This document shows positions 51,334-64,000 of a DNA stretch of 64,000 nt, piece by piece. Below the pieces are notes generated by a model. The model made no database searches. It had not been told where the DNA came from and was given only the letters and a program-made list of their open reading frames with translations. How positions within the stretch are numbered: the stretch's first letter is position 1; each line of letters opens with the position of its first letter. Both the position numbers and the translations under genes were made by a program. Location: positions 534,191 to 598,190 of the forward strand of contig MU004237.1 of NCBI GenBank assembly GCA_010405405.1, given 5' to 3'. The DNA is from Microthyrium microscopicum (taxonomy: Eukaryota).

Positions 51334-53656
51334 TCATGAATCAAACAACCTCATGTCAGCCACGTTGAATTTCATGGGACAACAGTCATTGCCGCACTTG
51401 TGAATCGTTTTATCCTGTCCCATTTCGGTATGGACATTTGATAGAAATGCATTTATGGATGTTGATTTGTTAGCTGATGCTGATAGATCGAATTTTGATA
51501 TCTGGGCACCATAATCCTCCTCAAAATCGATGAGATTTGGTAGCGTCGATGTGTCAGGGAGGCAGATCAGCGACGATGGATCCATCGAACATGAACTCGA
51601 TACATCCGCATAATCTTCATTCATAAAGGTCGTATCTATCGGCCCCCGCGATACACCGGAGACGCCGGAGAGATTGTCGAGGTGAAATGAAGAATACGCA
51701 ATCCCCTCTCGGTCAGGTTCTGTACAAAAGAGGTGTGGTATTTCCATGTCGGAGGCTCTTGTGCTGCAAGATTGAGAGTCTGCCAGCATATGAATAGCAT
51801 TCGAAGATGGGGATGAGGCCCTTGCAAAATGATTATCAGTTACATCAGATCGCGCCATGTGTTCTTCATATATATCTGTTGTAAACCAAAGGTCGGGATT
51901 TTGCTCGAAAACGCCAGCAGCAATGGTATCTTGGAGCGACTGGAGTTCTTGCTCTAATTGATCTCGATCATCTGAATGAACGGGATCAGGCTCTGTACGA
52001 TCAATATCCACGATTGTGTCGTCAGCGGTATGGTCCACAGGTAAGAGCTCGTCGTTAGGCTGGTCTATTGCAAATTTGCGCTTGCCGGCTTTGGTTGAAC
52101 TGTGAGATATGTCCGAATACTGATCGCAGGCCACTTTTAAAGAATCTAGGAAGATTTTTATAACGCTTCGACTGTTTGCCCCAGTAGGCGGTGTTTGTAA
52201 ATTCTTTAGATCATCTGGAAGAAGTTTTTCCAAGGTAGTTTCAAGCTGAGGAAGACAGAAACGTAGGAATTCTTCCATGAGCGGCTTTCTACAGGCTTGA
52301 TGCACGTCGAAATCTACGGCACAGTTAGAAACTCTGTAATCCTCAGTCTTAACAAGCCTAACGTGCACACTTACGCGGACATGGGATATTGGCCTGACTT
52401 GTACCCGGGAAAAGGATCAGATATATTGCTCTCCATTTTTGATCTTCGCTCAGACCCTTCAATCCTTTTTTTGATCGCAATTGTTCTTTCACTTGTACGC
52501 CGAAACCATGATTCAGATCCAGCCTACGTCGCTGGCATGGTTCCTCATCTTGTTGGTGATTGGCGAGTTCAAGTTCTGTGACGAATCTACTCGAACATCG
52601 ATGACATAGAATACGATAATGAACTCGGTACAAATGTTCTCTGCTATTGTTTAGCTATCTGTTATGGAGTTTTGAAAGAGATACGTACTTCATTCTATGG
52701 GTGTCAGGCCAGCTGGCACTACTGCAGCCGTCATCATGAAAGAAAGCATCACTGTCGTGCTTAAAATAGGGACAAGCGTATTTGGGAGCATCTTCACGTA
52801 AGTTTTGTCTCTTGGGTCGCTTGTCTGTGTGGTTGTCCTCATCATCACTACCTTGTTCTTCGTCTTGCTTCTCCACCGGAGCTGAGCGTTTGGTGCCCGC
52901 GTTCTGCTGACTGTTTAGCGCTGGTAACTTATTTGACTGTGAGGATGAATTCGAAGCTTTTGAACGAGTGGACTCCTTAGAAGAACCGGACCTTTTATCG
53001 GCGACTACCCGAATATAGGCTTTGAAGTGTTCAAGTGCAAGCAGAATTGGGTCGGGAAGAGGTGGTCTAGATAGAAAATCGACACTCAGGTTATCCGAAG
53101 AGTCTATTAACGTTGCTGGCGTATCGAATGCCTTCAAACGGGATACTGGGTCGACGGCCTCAAAAGTGGTATCTCTTGATTCGTCTGAGCTATCCGAGGA
53201 TGGAGTACTGGTAGATTGAAGCTTTACATCGAACAGGCCAGAGTCAGAAGCAGAATTTGCATCTGCCGTAGTGGATTTCCAGGTCTCATCAGATTGCTTG
53301 TCTTCCGAGAGGGTAAGATTTCTGGGGTCATGCGAATCGATGGATAAGCTTTCCAGACTTTTTGGCGCAGAGGTCTGAACGTCAGTTTGACCCAACTCAT
53401 CCGACTTGAAAGACTCATCAGAAGGAATATTACTGTGCAGATCGTCGATTCTTTCTTTCAAGGAAATACTGGTGGAGTAGCTGCTCGTCGCATCGTAGAT
53501 ATGGCCACAGGAAAGACATGACGGAGTGTTCGCTAGCAATCCATTGTCTGCTCCGCATTTACAGCAATACCAGACCGCTTCTGCGTCTCTGGCCGAATCT
53601 GTGCTACAGTGGCACGCCAATGTGTAGCACAACTGTTGTGATCCATTCGCTTCCAT
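51334..53656 (-). CDS. Fungal C2H2-like zinc-finger protein with N-terminal zinc-ribbon-like motif
   Basis: Three exons; KYACPYFKHD...C...WP...MKEHLYRVH...CHRC...F...LANH...C...KWRAIYLILFP; N-terminal WYCCKCG...CLSCGH. Confidence 0.78.
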
Positions 53657-54452
53657 ACCTCAGTAACAGCTCTCTCGACAACAACTTTCGGTCTCGCTTA
53701 GTGGCTCCAACAGAGTATATTGTGCGTTAAATCGGATCAACAATCTTCATAGAGTTGAATGACGTTTCACAGCTTGCGCTTGCTCACCAAGGACAATTTA
53801 AAGAGGCCGATTGATAAGACCATTACAACCATTCGCTTGATATACATCTTAACTTAACGTGCTCACAGAGTGGCAACGGGAAGGCCCCATCGTCGGAACG
53901 CCAGACTGCGCGTTTCAAGAGCTTGGTACTGACTATACCGCTTGCGTAGCTCTGCATAACTTCAAGGAACCCCATTGGCGTAGATAGCTTACTCCTCTAC
54001 ACAAGTATTTAATTGGGTGCTGGCCTCGGTGCAGTTACTTTGTGTCACACACAGAGAGTGAACACTTGGGAATTTAGATCATGCATTACAAAAACTTGAC
54101 TTGAAAAGTGATATTCTTAACGGACAACAGGATGGGAAATACCCGAGCAGCACCCGCGAACTGTGATGTCCCTCGAATGTGTTATCGTTGTAGAGGGGTG
54201 TTGCAACTAAGCACTGTATCATGGAGTATCGATTAGCAGTATTGCATCATGCAAATTAGAGAGCTGGTGGTGGACATTAACGCGGATGGTTGTTAACGTG
54301 AACTTAGCATTCTTTTGACCAGCAATGTGGAAGATACATTCTGATGACCATTGATCCTCGACTTTATCACGGAAATTTGAAGCGAGAACTGGAATTTGGA
54401 AGTAGGTAACTTGTATCAGAACGCAACACGGCAAGGAAAGAAACAATCTAGC

Positions 54453-55349
54453 TCAATCCGTAGCGGCTACAGACAGAAACTTGAGAATGACCTCTAAAGC
54501 AATTCCTCTACGCATCCCATTTTTCGTGTCCCAGCTCGAATGAAGCCCAACCAATTCACCACTGGTCTGACTAACTAAGGGAGCACCACTATGTCCCCAA
54601 TACGTCCAACAGTTGTGCATAAGTGCGCCAATCTCAGCATTATCATGAGCATCTTGACCACTAGCTAATCCGCGAAATTTACCTATACTTATATGTAATA
54701 CATCAAAGCCAGTCATTTTGCTTTTACAAACGCCTTCCAGTTGTTCACCGGCAGGGTGACCAATACAAACCAGCTTCTCGTGAAGTTTCGGGCTTGCTTT
54801 GGAAAGCCTGATGTAGGGAAAATCATAATCACCACCTACTGATACACCCCAGGGCTGAGATGCTGTTATTTGGAGCAGAGCCAAGTCTCTTTTCCAGTCG
54901 AAGGAAACACATCTAGCTTGGACCAAGATTCCAGCTGCGAATATCAAGCAGTGAACCTCGTCGCTATCATACTCCTCAGGAGTCTCTGCAAGGCAGTGGG
55001 CGCAGGTAAGTAATAGTCCCGTGGGCGATATACAGACGGCTGTTCCCGCCTGTACTTGAGCGAATGCTAATGTTGCTCGGGTTGCATTCTTCACGTTTGG
55101 TGTTTCCCTGATTTTTAGCAGCTCCTGCTTGGAATTTGCGATTTCTAATTGCTTCTTGGTTAACCCGGTTGATTTACGCGACAGGTGGTTCGGTAGGGGT
55201 TTAATCCTCTGTTTCGATGTTTGTCGTACTTTCGAAGCGTACTCGGCTATCTGGACTGCTATTGAAGATATTTGCGGCGAAGGCTTAGTTTGGTGAGCAG
55301 GTAGTCGCTGTCTTGTGCGACGTGACGAGACTGGGACTTCTGGTGGCAT
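54453..55349 (-). CDS. Intracellular trypsin-like (PA clan) serine protease
   Basis: Catalytic triad contexts LLTCAHC (His), RDLALL (Asp) and TYWGHSGAPL (Ser); basic N-terminus without signal peptide; intronless, 298 aa. Confidence 0.85.
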   Translation of the reverse strand: MPPEVPVSSRRTRQRLPAHQTKPSPQISSIAVQIAEYASKVRQTSKQRIKPLPNHLSRKSTGLTKKQLEIANSKQELLKIRETPNVKNATRATLAFAQVQAGTAVCISPTGLLLTCAHCLAETPEEYDSDEVHCLIFAAGILVQARCVSFDWKRDLALLQITASQPWGVSVGGDYDFPYIRLSKASPKLHEKLVCIGHPAGEQLEGVCKSKMTGFDVLHISIGKFRGLASGQDAHDNAEIGALMHNCWTYWGHSGAPLVSQTSGELVGLHSSWDTKNGMRRGIALEVILKFLSVAATD

Positions 55350-55520
55350 CAGAATTCTTTCTTTCTTTCTTCACAAATTGGAGCAGTACAACACTCAAAA
55401 CTGGTTGCAGGTCGAATTCTTTTATATGGGCACATGATTACAAAGAAAAGTCCACCAACAAAGGTCTTTAAGTGTGCACCTACTACTATATACTGGTTTT
55501 GTATTATCTGTATGGTATAG

Positions 55521-55740
55521 TACCAACGGCATGGCAAAATAAATGGGGTACTTCCATCAACTCTGATGGCTACCACCAGCGCTGCTAGCCAAAAGGTGCT
55601 TCAACTCCCATCTTACCTAATGAATATTCCCATTCCGAACACTCTTAAAGGCAAATGAAGCACTCGATAACACAGCGTAGTGTCTGGGTGCCATCAGGGT
55701 TGATGGGAGTACGCCATTTATTTTGCCATGCCGTTGAGTA
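55521..55740. mobile_element. MITE-like inverted repeat element
   Basis: Arms of ~57 bp (55521-55579 and 55684-55740) are near-perfect reverse complements around a ~105 bp non-coding spacer; both outer ends are TA. Confidence 0.55.
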
Positions 55741-56831
55741 CCTGTAATTCAGCGTAGATTGTTTCAAGGGTTTTTGATCATCTCCAAAGTTGATTTGTAT
55801 ATTCGAGTAGGTTTTGAAAACCTTAAATACATCAAGACCTGGGTGGCGATTCTGATTGTGCTAATGTGGAAAGTTGTTTTAAAGGCATTTGCCAGCTGCA
55901 GAGTTTAAGCTTTGTAAGGGATGCTCGTGATATCATTCTGGTTCAAAATCCAGCACTCAGGCAATTTGGCAAGAGGATATCGGTGTCGCCGCAAGGCTGA
56001 CGCCACAAGACATAAACAAGCCCCTTTTCAAATGAATATCCCTGCAACTTGGGAGGCGCCACTCAAAAGGTACAAAGCGATTGTTCATATTTTATTACTT
56101 GAACGCTATTCCACCTACTGTATGACCTTCAAAAGGTTATCTACTATAGATACCTTGAGACTTAGTGAGTGCTTGAGGTAATTTCAATGTCTAATATTGT
56201 GACTTCTCCGTCAAACCAAGGTTTGGAACTAAAAGCAGGGAGCGTTGTGACTTACGGTATGAGAGACCTTTTGGATACCGTCGTAGTGCTAGAGCACTGT
56301 CAAGGGAGAAGCTCACCACTGTCTAGCTGTTTTGAGCGTCTAGAACATACTAATGGTTGTTTGTCGCTTTTCTGTTTCAAGCACTTCAAGACGCGATCGT
56401 TCAAGCGAGATAGTCATTGCCAATTGGAAATGGTTGGAAATGCCATGTGCTTGGATCTCGTGGCAGGGTCCACAATACCCGCTTTCTGAACAGATCTAGC
56501 CAGTTTGGGTAACGCTTTGAGACTATCTCCCGCGCCAGAGGGCTTTTCTTTCAACACCACTCGGTTTTTTGACGATGCTTCTTCTTCTGCCGTCAAGGGG
56601 AAGTCCTTTTCGGGTGCCCACACTGGCAGGCTGGAATCTGGATTGGCGCTTAAGCGAGGTACCGTTCATCTTGCATTAGTAGAGGTACTTATTGACCTCT
56701 TTGCAATGGGCTAGCCGCGTTGCAGGCCCAAGGTGTGATTCATTAAGCAATGTTTACCTCCATCGGAGTTGCTGTTTTTAGCATTTCGATTCCTCTCCTT
56801 GTGCGTTGATTTTTCTTGTCACTCCTTTGTA

Positions 56832-59800
56832 ATGCGCTCTTTTCTAGGCACGTTGGTTGCCGTACCACTCGTTCATGCACTTGTTGGCTCAATCGGCCCA
56901 CGAGATTTCTACCAAGCTCCAAGATTGGAAAGTAGCGGCATTGATAAACGAGCTCAAACTTGCGGAAGCAATGGATACGATCTGAGCACCAAAGCTTACT
57001 TCTACTCATCTGATGCCGCCCTTGCTACTTCGAGTGCCTGCGGCGCTCACTGTCTTGCTGATTCTAAATGCTTGAGTTTCGCGATTGGTAAGTTCTCCTC
57101 CGTAAAATGGGCTTTATTGGTTTTCTATGAAATAACTATAATTCCAAAGCATCTGTTGGCTCCCATATGATTACATGGCTACCGCTGATGTTCATGGCCA
57201 TTGATTACGAGTCTCGAATTGATTGCTCATCTTGTGTTGGAACGACCCCATAGAATGACTTCTACTAACAGTCTCAGGGAGTGGAGCCTGTCTTCACTAC
57301 ACTGTGGCAGTGTAAGTCTTCCCACTAATTTGTGGAAATCTCGTCTCAAATCTTCATAGAGCCGGCAATCTAAATGCGAATGCTGCTAGTCCATATGCAT
57401 TCTATGATAAAGCCTGCACGGCGCCATCGGTCACTTCTTCAAAACATTCGAGCTCTGTTCCCGCTTCCATTTCGCCTTCAAAGTCAAGCTCCAAATCGAC
57501 TACTATTTCGCCTTCCGGAGCATTATCATCAAGTGTTTCTCAATCTTCAACTTCCTCCGCCCCGACATCCACCGCGTCTTGTGGGCTCAAAGGCTACGAT
57601 CTAAATAAACCTAATGCGGCATATGCGACCACTGCTTCAGCATCCCGCAGTCTAGCTGGCTGCGCGGCCTACTGCAAGACACAATCGGGATGTTTGAGTT
57701 TTGCATTCTCCAGCAGCATTTGCTATGGGTATAAAAAGGCCCTTGCTGGAAACTGGAAAGCCGATGCATCTTCGCCGTACTTGTTCTATGATATAGGCTG
57801 TGCCGCCGCGTCTTCTTCAGCAAGCACTTCATCCCACTCTTCAACGTTCAGTACTCTCACGAAAAGTGGATCGTCTTCTTTGTCGTCCAGCAGCCAGTCA
57901 GCGTCAAGTTCAATAACTTCCAGCGCTCAATCGTCGTCTACAATTTCCGGGGTTCCCTCCACAACGTCATCGTCGATTGTTACATCTAGCGCGCCAGTCT
58001 CATCAACAATTTCAAGTTCGGTGGAGACCAGCAGTCTTCTATCTTCCATTTCGAGCTCAGCATCCTCTTCAAGCTCAGATATTAGTTCGGCAATAAGTTC
58101 GGTCAGCTCATTTGCTACGCCAAGCAGTTCCGACACCAGTTCCTCTGTTTCAAGCTCCGCAACCTCTTCAAGTTCAGATATCGGTCCAACATCAAGCTCA
58201 ATAAGCACATCTGCTACGCCAAGCAGTTCCGATTACAGCTCATCCGTCACAAGTTCAGATATCAGCACTTCTTCTACGAGCTCGGCATCCTCTACAAGCT
58301 CCATTGACAGCTCTTCTGTAGTAAGCTCAGCAGTTTCTTCCAGCTCCGATGCCAGCTCTTCTACCACGAGCTCTGCAACTCCCAGCAGCTCCGAGACTAG
58401 CACGGTTACTAGCACCTTGTCCAGTGCTACATCCAGTGCCATAACTTCTAGCTCCGACATAAGCTCGTCTGCTTCTAGCTTCGACATCAGCTCTGTAACA
58501 AGCACTACAGTTTTAAGCAGCTCTGAAGCTAGTATCTCGGCCAGTAGCTCGGATACCAGCAGCTCTGCCACTACATCCTCCCCTACGTCTTCACTCGACG
58601 TCTCTAGCTCAGAAACTTCTTCCGATGCCTCTAGCTCGATCACGAGTACAGCGTCATCTAGCAGCGTTGCGTCAAGTTCGTCGGAAGATCTTCCATCCTC
58701 CACCGAGAGCGGTGTGTCGAGTTCTGATGTTCAAAGCTCATCTACATCAACGAGTGCATCATCCTCCACCGAGAGTGTAGTATCAAGCTTGGACTCGCTC
58801 ACGGCGTCGCCGACTAGCGCAACATCAACAGTCTCAAGCAGCATTTCTAGCAGCTCGGCGTCCGCATCAGCCTCATGTGTACCAGTCTGTCCATTGGGAT
58901 CGGTGACATCTCCGAACTGCATAAACAAACAAGACGACGGGAAATGTTTCAATGGGCAAATTATAAATTGTGGCACTTGCCAAACATCGACTCCAGGCAG
59001 AAAACGATCACCATCGCTTTGTACGGTGACTTTTACACCTCCAGCCTGTGTTGGCAGTAGCTTGTCTAGTGCTTCTGTTTCCTCCTCATCCAGCGACTTG
59101 CCATACTTTAGCACTTCATCTATATCAGTCACTCAAATTCTATCGGTTCAGTCGTCATCATCCACGGTCTCTAGCCAACCAGCAAGCATCACTTTGACAC
59201 TTTCTAGTGTAGAGTCAAGTTTTGCTTCAACTCCTGGTGCTTCTTCATCTGATAGCACTTCCTCGACCGATAGCTCGTCATCTTCTTCCAGTGACGTTAT
59301 GTCGTCTACAAAGTCTTCGAGCGCATCTTCTACTGACACGAGCCTGTCAATTTCAGACACTTCGAGCACTTCGAGTACCATAACCAGTTCAACTTCGTCA
59401 TCAGATATGCCAAGCTCTACCAGCTTTGTGCTACCATCTAGTACTGACTCGTCCAGCACATCGTCTAGTGAGACCATTTCTTCAGATGTATCGAGCTCTA
59501 CTTCTTCATCAGACTTCGCATCTAGCACGGACTTGTCATCCTCGTCTTTCGTGGACGTCAGTTCGTCGTCAAATATGCCTAGTGCCTCGGATATATCAAG
59601 TGCAACTTCTATTGAATCTTCAAGCACCAGCATTTCAGCATCGTCATCGGATATAGCTACTTCAAGCTTAATCAGCTCCACTTCTACAAGTTTGCCTTCC
59701 AGTACCGACGCTGAATCGTCGTCTTCGTCACTTTCCAGTGATTCCTCTACATCTTCTGAAGCTTCATCTTCTACATCGTCAACCGAGAGCTCTTCTGCCT

Positions 59801-61485
59801 CAGACTCCGCCTCCTTGGTGGTTTCCTCTACGTCGTCTCTAGAAACATCCTCTATGATTTCCTCTTCAGATGTGTCTTCAACGACGTTGTCATCTGAGAT
59901 TTCATCATCTATTCCTGCGACAGCTACGGTCTCGACAACTAGCATGAGCTCAGATGTGCCCAGCTCCTCTGATACATCCAGCTCAGTCAGCAGCTCCGCA
60001 ACGTCGAGCAGCTCCGATATATCGTCCGCAGTATCATCCTCTGATATCTCTTCGCTAACAAGCTCCGCTTCATCATCCGAGGTCTCTTCTACTGTATCGT
60101 CTTCCGATATCAGCTCGGTAACCAGCACAGCATCCTCTAGCAGCTCATCGTCGGATCTGCTGAGCACTAGTAGCAGCATATCAATCACAGCCAGCAGCAG
60201 CGCCAGTAGCACGCTCATCACTTCAACGTCATCCGAACTACCAAGCTCTGCTAGTTCTTCTACACTAAGCACTCTTTCTTCTACGACCTTCGCATCTTCA
60301 AGCTCAAGCAGCTCAAGCCTAAGCAGTTCGATGAGTTCAAGTGTAGCATCGTCGTCCTCGTCGTCATCTTCATCGTCACCATCTGCCTCGGTGGCGCCAT
60401 TCAATGCTGGTCTGATTACCAATGGTAACTTTGAGGGCTCCGAAGATCTCTGGACTGGAAGTAGTGCTACAAAAGCCATTGTAAGCGGGACGTCGCAAAG
60501 CCCTGCTTACGGAGGCAGTTCAAAATATCTCCAAGTTTCATTACCAGCGACTAGCACCACAAGTACCGTTGTTCGCCTGGGTTACATCGCATTCCCTACC
60601 GTTATTACCGGTTCTGGTATCAACGCATATAGCTATTCGGCTTACATTCGAAATAGCGACCCCACCAATGGATGCTTTGCGGACTTGCTTTTTGGTGCTG
60701 TTGACTTTGGAAAAACATACTTCAACAACGGGCCAAACTGGGAGCTGATACAGACTACCTTGAGGCTCAGTGGTCCCAGTTCTGTTGGTCCAAGACTCTA
60801 TTTCTACTGCCCAGCCAACGTAGCCGCCACCTTTTCAGTTGATAATATCTCATTGCTTCAAGTACCACTTCCTACGACTATTCAACCACTTGCAACAGCC
60901 TTTAGCAATAGCGCACCAGCTGTATTCCCCCCTGTCGCTCCCACTTGTGGTCAAGCCATTATCAACGGTGGTTTCGAAACAGGAACGTTCGGCACCTACA
61001 CTCCACCAGCGCCGTGGTCAATGGTTGCATCAGATTGGATGATTTACTCGCTTTACACTACTTACAAGCGATCAGGCGTTCGAGCAATACTATTTCAACT
61101 GCCTTCTAGCATATCTGCCTATCTCGCGGGCACTCTCGTTGATGCCGAGATGACACAGGGTTCTGTCACAGTTTGTCCCAACACTGTGTATCGCTATGAC
61201 GCATATTTGGCCATGCTTTACGCTGCTGCGCCTCCTTCATGTCAACTCAAGCTCAAGATCAATGGAGTGGTTGTGGCTGCAGGAGCGCCTGTCTCTTACT
61301 CCTCGACAAGGCCATATGTAGGAACAACGTCCTATTACCAGACAGGGCCAAGCGAAACGGCAGTCAAGCTGTCAATTGCAGTCAGCTGTTCCAATGGTGT
61401 AGTAGCAGGTGGTTACGGGATACAAGTTGGTGTTGATGATGTCTCTTTCTTCCCGGTTACTTCTGCAAGCCAGCTTCCTTCTTAG
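56832..61485 (+). CDS. Large secreted Ser/Thr-rich mucin-like protein with two Apple/PAN-like Cys domains and two C-terminal CBM-like domains
   Basis: Signal peptide MRSFLGTLVAVPLVHA and a KR site; two copies of CGxxGYD...CxxxC...CLSFA...SPYxFYDxxC; very long Ser-rich stalks; C-terminal ITNGNFEG...VDNISL and CGQAIINGGFETG...VDDVSF. Two N-terminal introns. Confidence 0.85.
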
Positions 61486-62122
61486 ATTTACACTATCGAT
61501 GTGGTAACTGGATCAAGGTTCAGTTCATATAATTGTAATGTATAAGAAACTGCAGACGAAAATGCAGTATATTTCATGTTATTGAGAAGATTATAGCTCT
61601 TCCTCTACCTACTTACCTAATGCGTCTCAATAGAGTAGCCCATCTGCACACACTACAAATTTGGCCAAACAACTCGCCAGGAGTCTCCTGCTATCGCTCA
61701 ATAAAAACACTAGTGAAAGCCGGAGTTACTGACGCAAGTTGACAGGTATTTACTACACATTCTATATTGTGATCACACATGCAAGAGCAGAGGTAAAACA
61801 GCAAGCTTTTCTGAATTTTGACTGGCTGAACCGAAGCTGTGCCTCAACGCCTCAATTGTAAAACCTCGAGTCTAGACCCTCTTTTCCTGGTCAGGCATCG
61901 TGACCTGACACGAATGGTTGTACAGATGCTTTTTCCCAGCGCTATGCATAATTCAGGGACGGCGCTTAATTCGATAACATTGAACGAGGCAGTGTTGGTA
62001 ACCATCATAGCCTTAACTCATTCTCGAAATCCAAGGAAATTCAAGACTTTCTTAAAATGCTTATATCTAGAGCTTAATCTTTTACACATCAGATCATAGT
62101 ATACTAATACCACGCTCTGCTT

Positions 62123-63233
62123 ATGATGAAGTTCCTCCCCATCCTGTTCGTTTCCCTCGCAAGCGCCATCTCCGTTTCGAACTTCACCGCCGCAATTCCT
62201 CAATGCATCGACCCAGCAGGCACACAGCAATGCATCGATAAATCCAATGTAGGAATCCTCTCAGCATGTGAAGCCGCCTGCGGCTGCGGCGATGCCTTCA
62301 CCTGTGGCTTTGGAAGCGCAGACTGTGTCCTGGCATGTGGTTGCGCAGCTTTTCAGGGGGTAATCAATTGTATGGTGTCGAACTGTTGGAATAAGGTTCG
62401 TAGCGCCCTTTAGCGTATACTTTAATGCCCTGTGCTTATGACGGTTTGTATGAGAGTTTGTACGATGAGGCTGATGCGAATAGGTGTATTCATGCGAATA
62501 TCAGCAATTGCTTATTGATGCGGCTACATACTGTCCAATTTCCACGCCACTATACTTCCCATTCTTTGGGGCGAAGGTTGACCAGCCGGGTTCATGTTCA
62601 TGTGCGTTGACGGATCTTTGGGCTAGTCAACTTGTTGCGTCGAATGCGGAGACTACTTGTTTGAAGAATAACTTCAAGCTTGGGACTGAATGTTCTTGTT
62701 GTGCTGCCGCTGGTGTGACTTCGGTGTATGTATTGGCCTACAGACCATTGCACTGTGACCAGAGCTGACCTCAAAAATACAGATACTACGATCTGTGCAA
62801 TACTACCGCCCCTGAAGTGGTCAGGCCGATTGTGGGATCAATACCTTTCAACACTTTCTCGACTTGCGATGCCACTCTATCTAATATCAACTGCTCAGAT
62901 GTCCAGCACGGGCTTCCAGTTGCTGCGCCTGGTTTGTTCAAAAGTAGTCTACAGCCAAATGGTACTGCTAGAACATTCTCAAACCAGGCTGGCACGATGA
63001 CGGTGCCGCCATATTCATCAACTACGGCATGGTATTTCTTAGGAACTGCCAAAGGTGCAGTGACCGCTACAGCTTTTCCATATAAAGCGGGCGCACAAGC
63101 AAGTGGATCCATTAGTGCAGCTGGAGGAACTGCAGGAGGTGGCAGCAAGTCCAATAATGCTGCTTCTACAAGACTTGGAAACCGCGAATTTTGGCCACTG
63201 GTTTTACTGGTGGTGACTTTATATTTCCTATGA
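62123..63233 (+). CDS. Secreted Cys-rich, probably GPI-anchored protein
   Basis: Signal peptide; three exons give >20 Cys, including CWNKVYSCEYQ and GSCSC; C-terminal SNNAAS followed by hydrophobic FWPLVLLVVTLYFL. Confidence 0.85.
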
Positions 63234-63764
63234 TGCGAATTGTAGATCTCGCAACCTTCCGCCTCGTTCTCTCTTTTATCTCATGGCACCCCCTTTCGTC
63301 TCATCTTCACATCACCTCCAAAAAGGAAAAGCCCCCAGCCACGAAGGCTGAGGACTCTACCTCTCTCTTCTCCTCCCATTCCATCCCAACTCGCAAGCAT
63401 CGAAAAGGAAAAGCAAACAGCCCGCCAGGGACTAAGAGCTCATCCTCCACATCGCCACCCCAGGCACAACACCAACCCGCCAATCTCAAGCACAACACCA
63501 ACTCACCAATCTCAATCACAACGCCAACTCGCCAATCTCAAGCACGATCTCCCCCGGTCCGCGGCAAACCGCATCCCGACGAACACCGGCCCACGACCAC
63601 TGGTTGAGTATACCTTTGCTTGGCCCCACATCAGGTGACGTCCTGCCAGTCGCCGCATCAAGATCAGAGACTCCCTGCATTACAGGGAGGAAGCTACCAA
63701 GCGCAAGGCCAGACGCATCGCTGCGGCCCGCCAGACAGATGCAAGACGCACCTCGCTAATCTGC

Positions 63765-63828
63765 CCATCGCTGGGGATGCGAATGTATGTCCCTGTCCAT
63801 CGCTGGGGATGCGAATGTATCTCTGTCC
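63765..63828. repeat. Two-copy 32-bp tandem duplication
   Basis: CCATCGCTGGGGATGCGAATGTAT occurs at 63765 and 63797, each followed by a similar ctgtcc tail. Confidence 0.8.
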
Positions 63829-64000
63829 CTGCTCTGCCAGCGGCAACTCACTGCGGCCCGAGAGCCTGCATGGCGTCCATCAATGGTCTTTGTCCTTTTC
63901 ACCCCGCCTATGGTGAAGAGGAAGAAGTTGTGGAAGAGTGTGAGAGCAAAAGGCTTTAAGGTGAACGAATTTGCAAGATGTCTGCTTTGGGATGGGAATG

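Noticed and set aside
56169..56714. Short ORFs upstream of the mucin gene
   Set aside because: Interrupted frames with no recognisable homology or splice support.
57927..60479. Long minus-strand Glu/Asp/Leu-rich ORFs (up to 443 aa)
   Set aside because: Antisense shadows of the Ser-rich plus-strand gene: TCN/AGC codons read back as Glu/Asp/Leu/Ala.
9214..63233. Idea that TAG is reassigned to a sense codon genome-wide
   Set aside because: Other TAG-ending genes (GMC, FAD oxidase, aldo-keto reductase, UPF3, GPI protein) end at the expected family C-terminus and hit further stops within a few to ~15 codons.

Overview
Eukaryotic, intron-containing DNA from a filamentous ascomycete (GT..AG introns of mostly 40-70 nt with CTRAC branch sites). 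It mixes conserved housekeeping genes with accessory genes. Housekeeping: SFT2, a DENN-domain protein, an aldo-keto reductase, UPF3, SIT4/PP6, SRP RNA, a PEX11-family peroxin and BCD1. Accessory: a secreted GMC oxidoreductase, a BBE-like FAD oxidase tail-to-tail with a P450, an F-box-like protein, a zinc-finger protein, a trypsin-like protease, a giant Ser-rich secreted protein and GPI proteins. The most notable observations are: (1) SIT4's YFL-TAG stop is followed by an in-frame, coding-like 82-codon extension that again ends in xFL (SHFL), suggesting a second C-terminus made by readthrough, editing or splicing; (2) three highly diverged small two-TM genes share an N-terminal motif and a splice-donor position; (3) an in-frame upstream ATG adds a mitochondrial-type presequence to the aldo-keto reductase; (4) a ~220 bp inverted-repeat (MITE-like) element lies in a protease promoter; (5) a second TAG-C stop has a coding-like continuation in a repeat-containing orphan membrane protein. 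Gene models were assembled by eye; no database searches were run.
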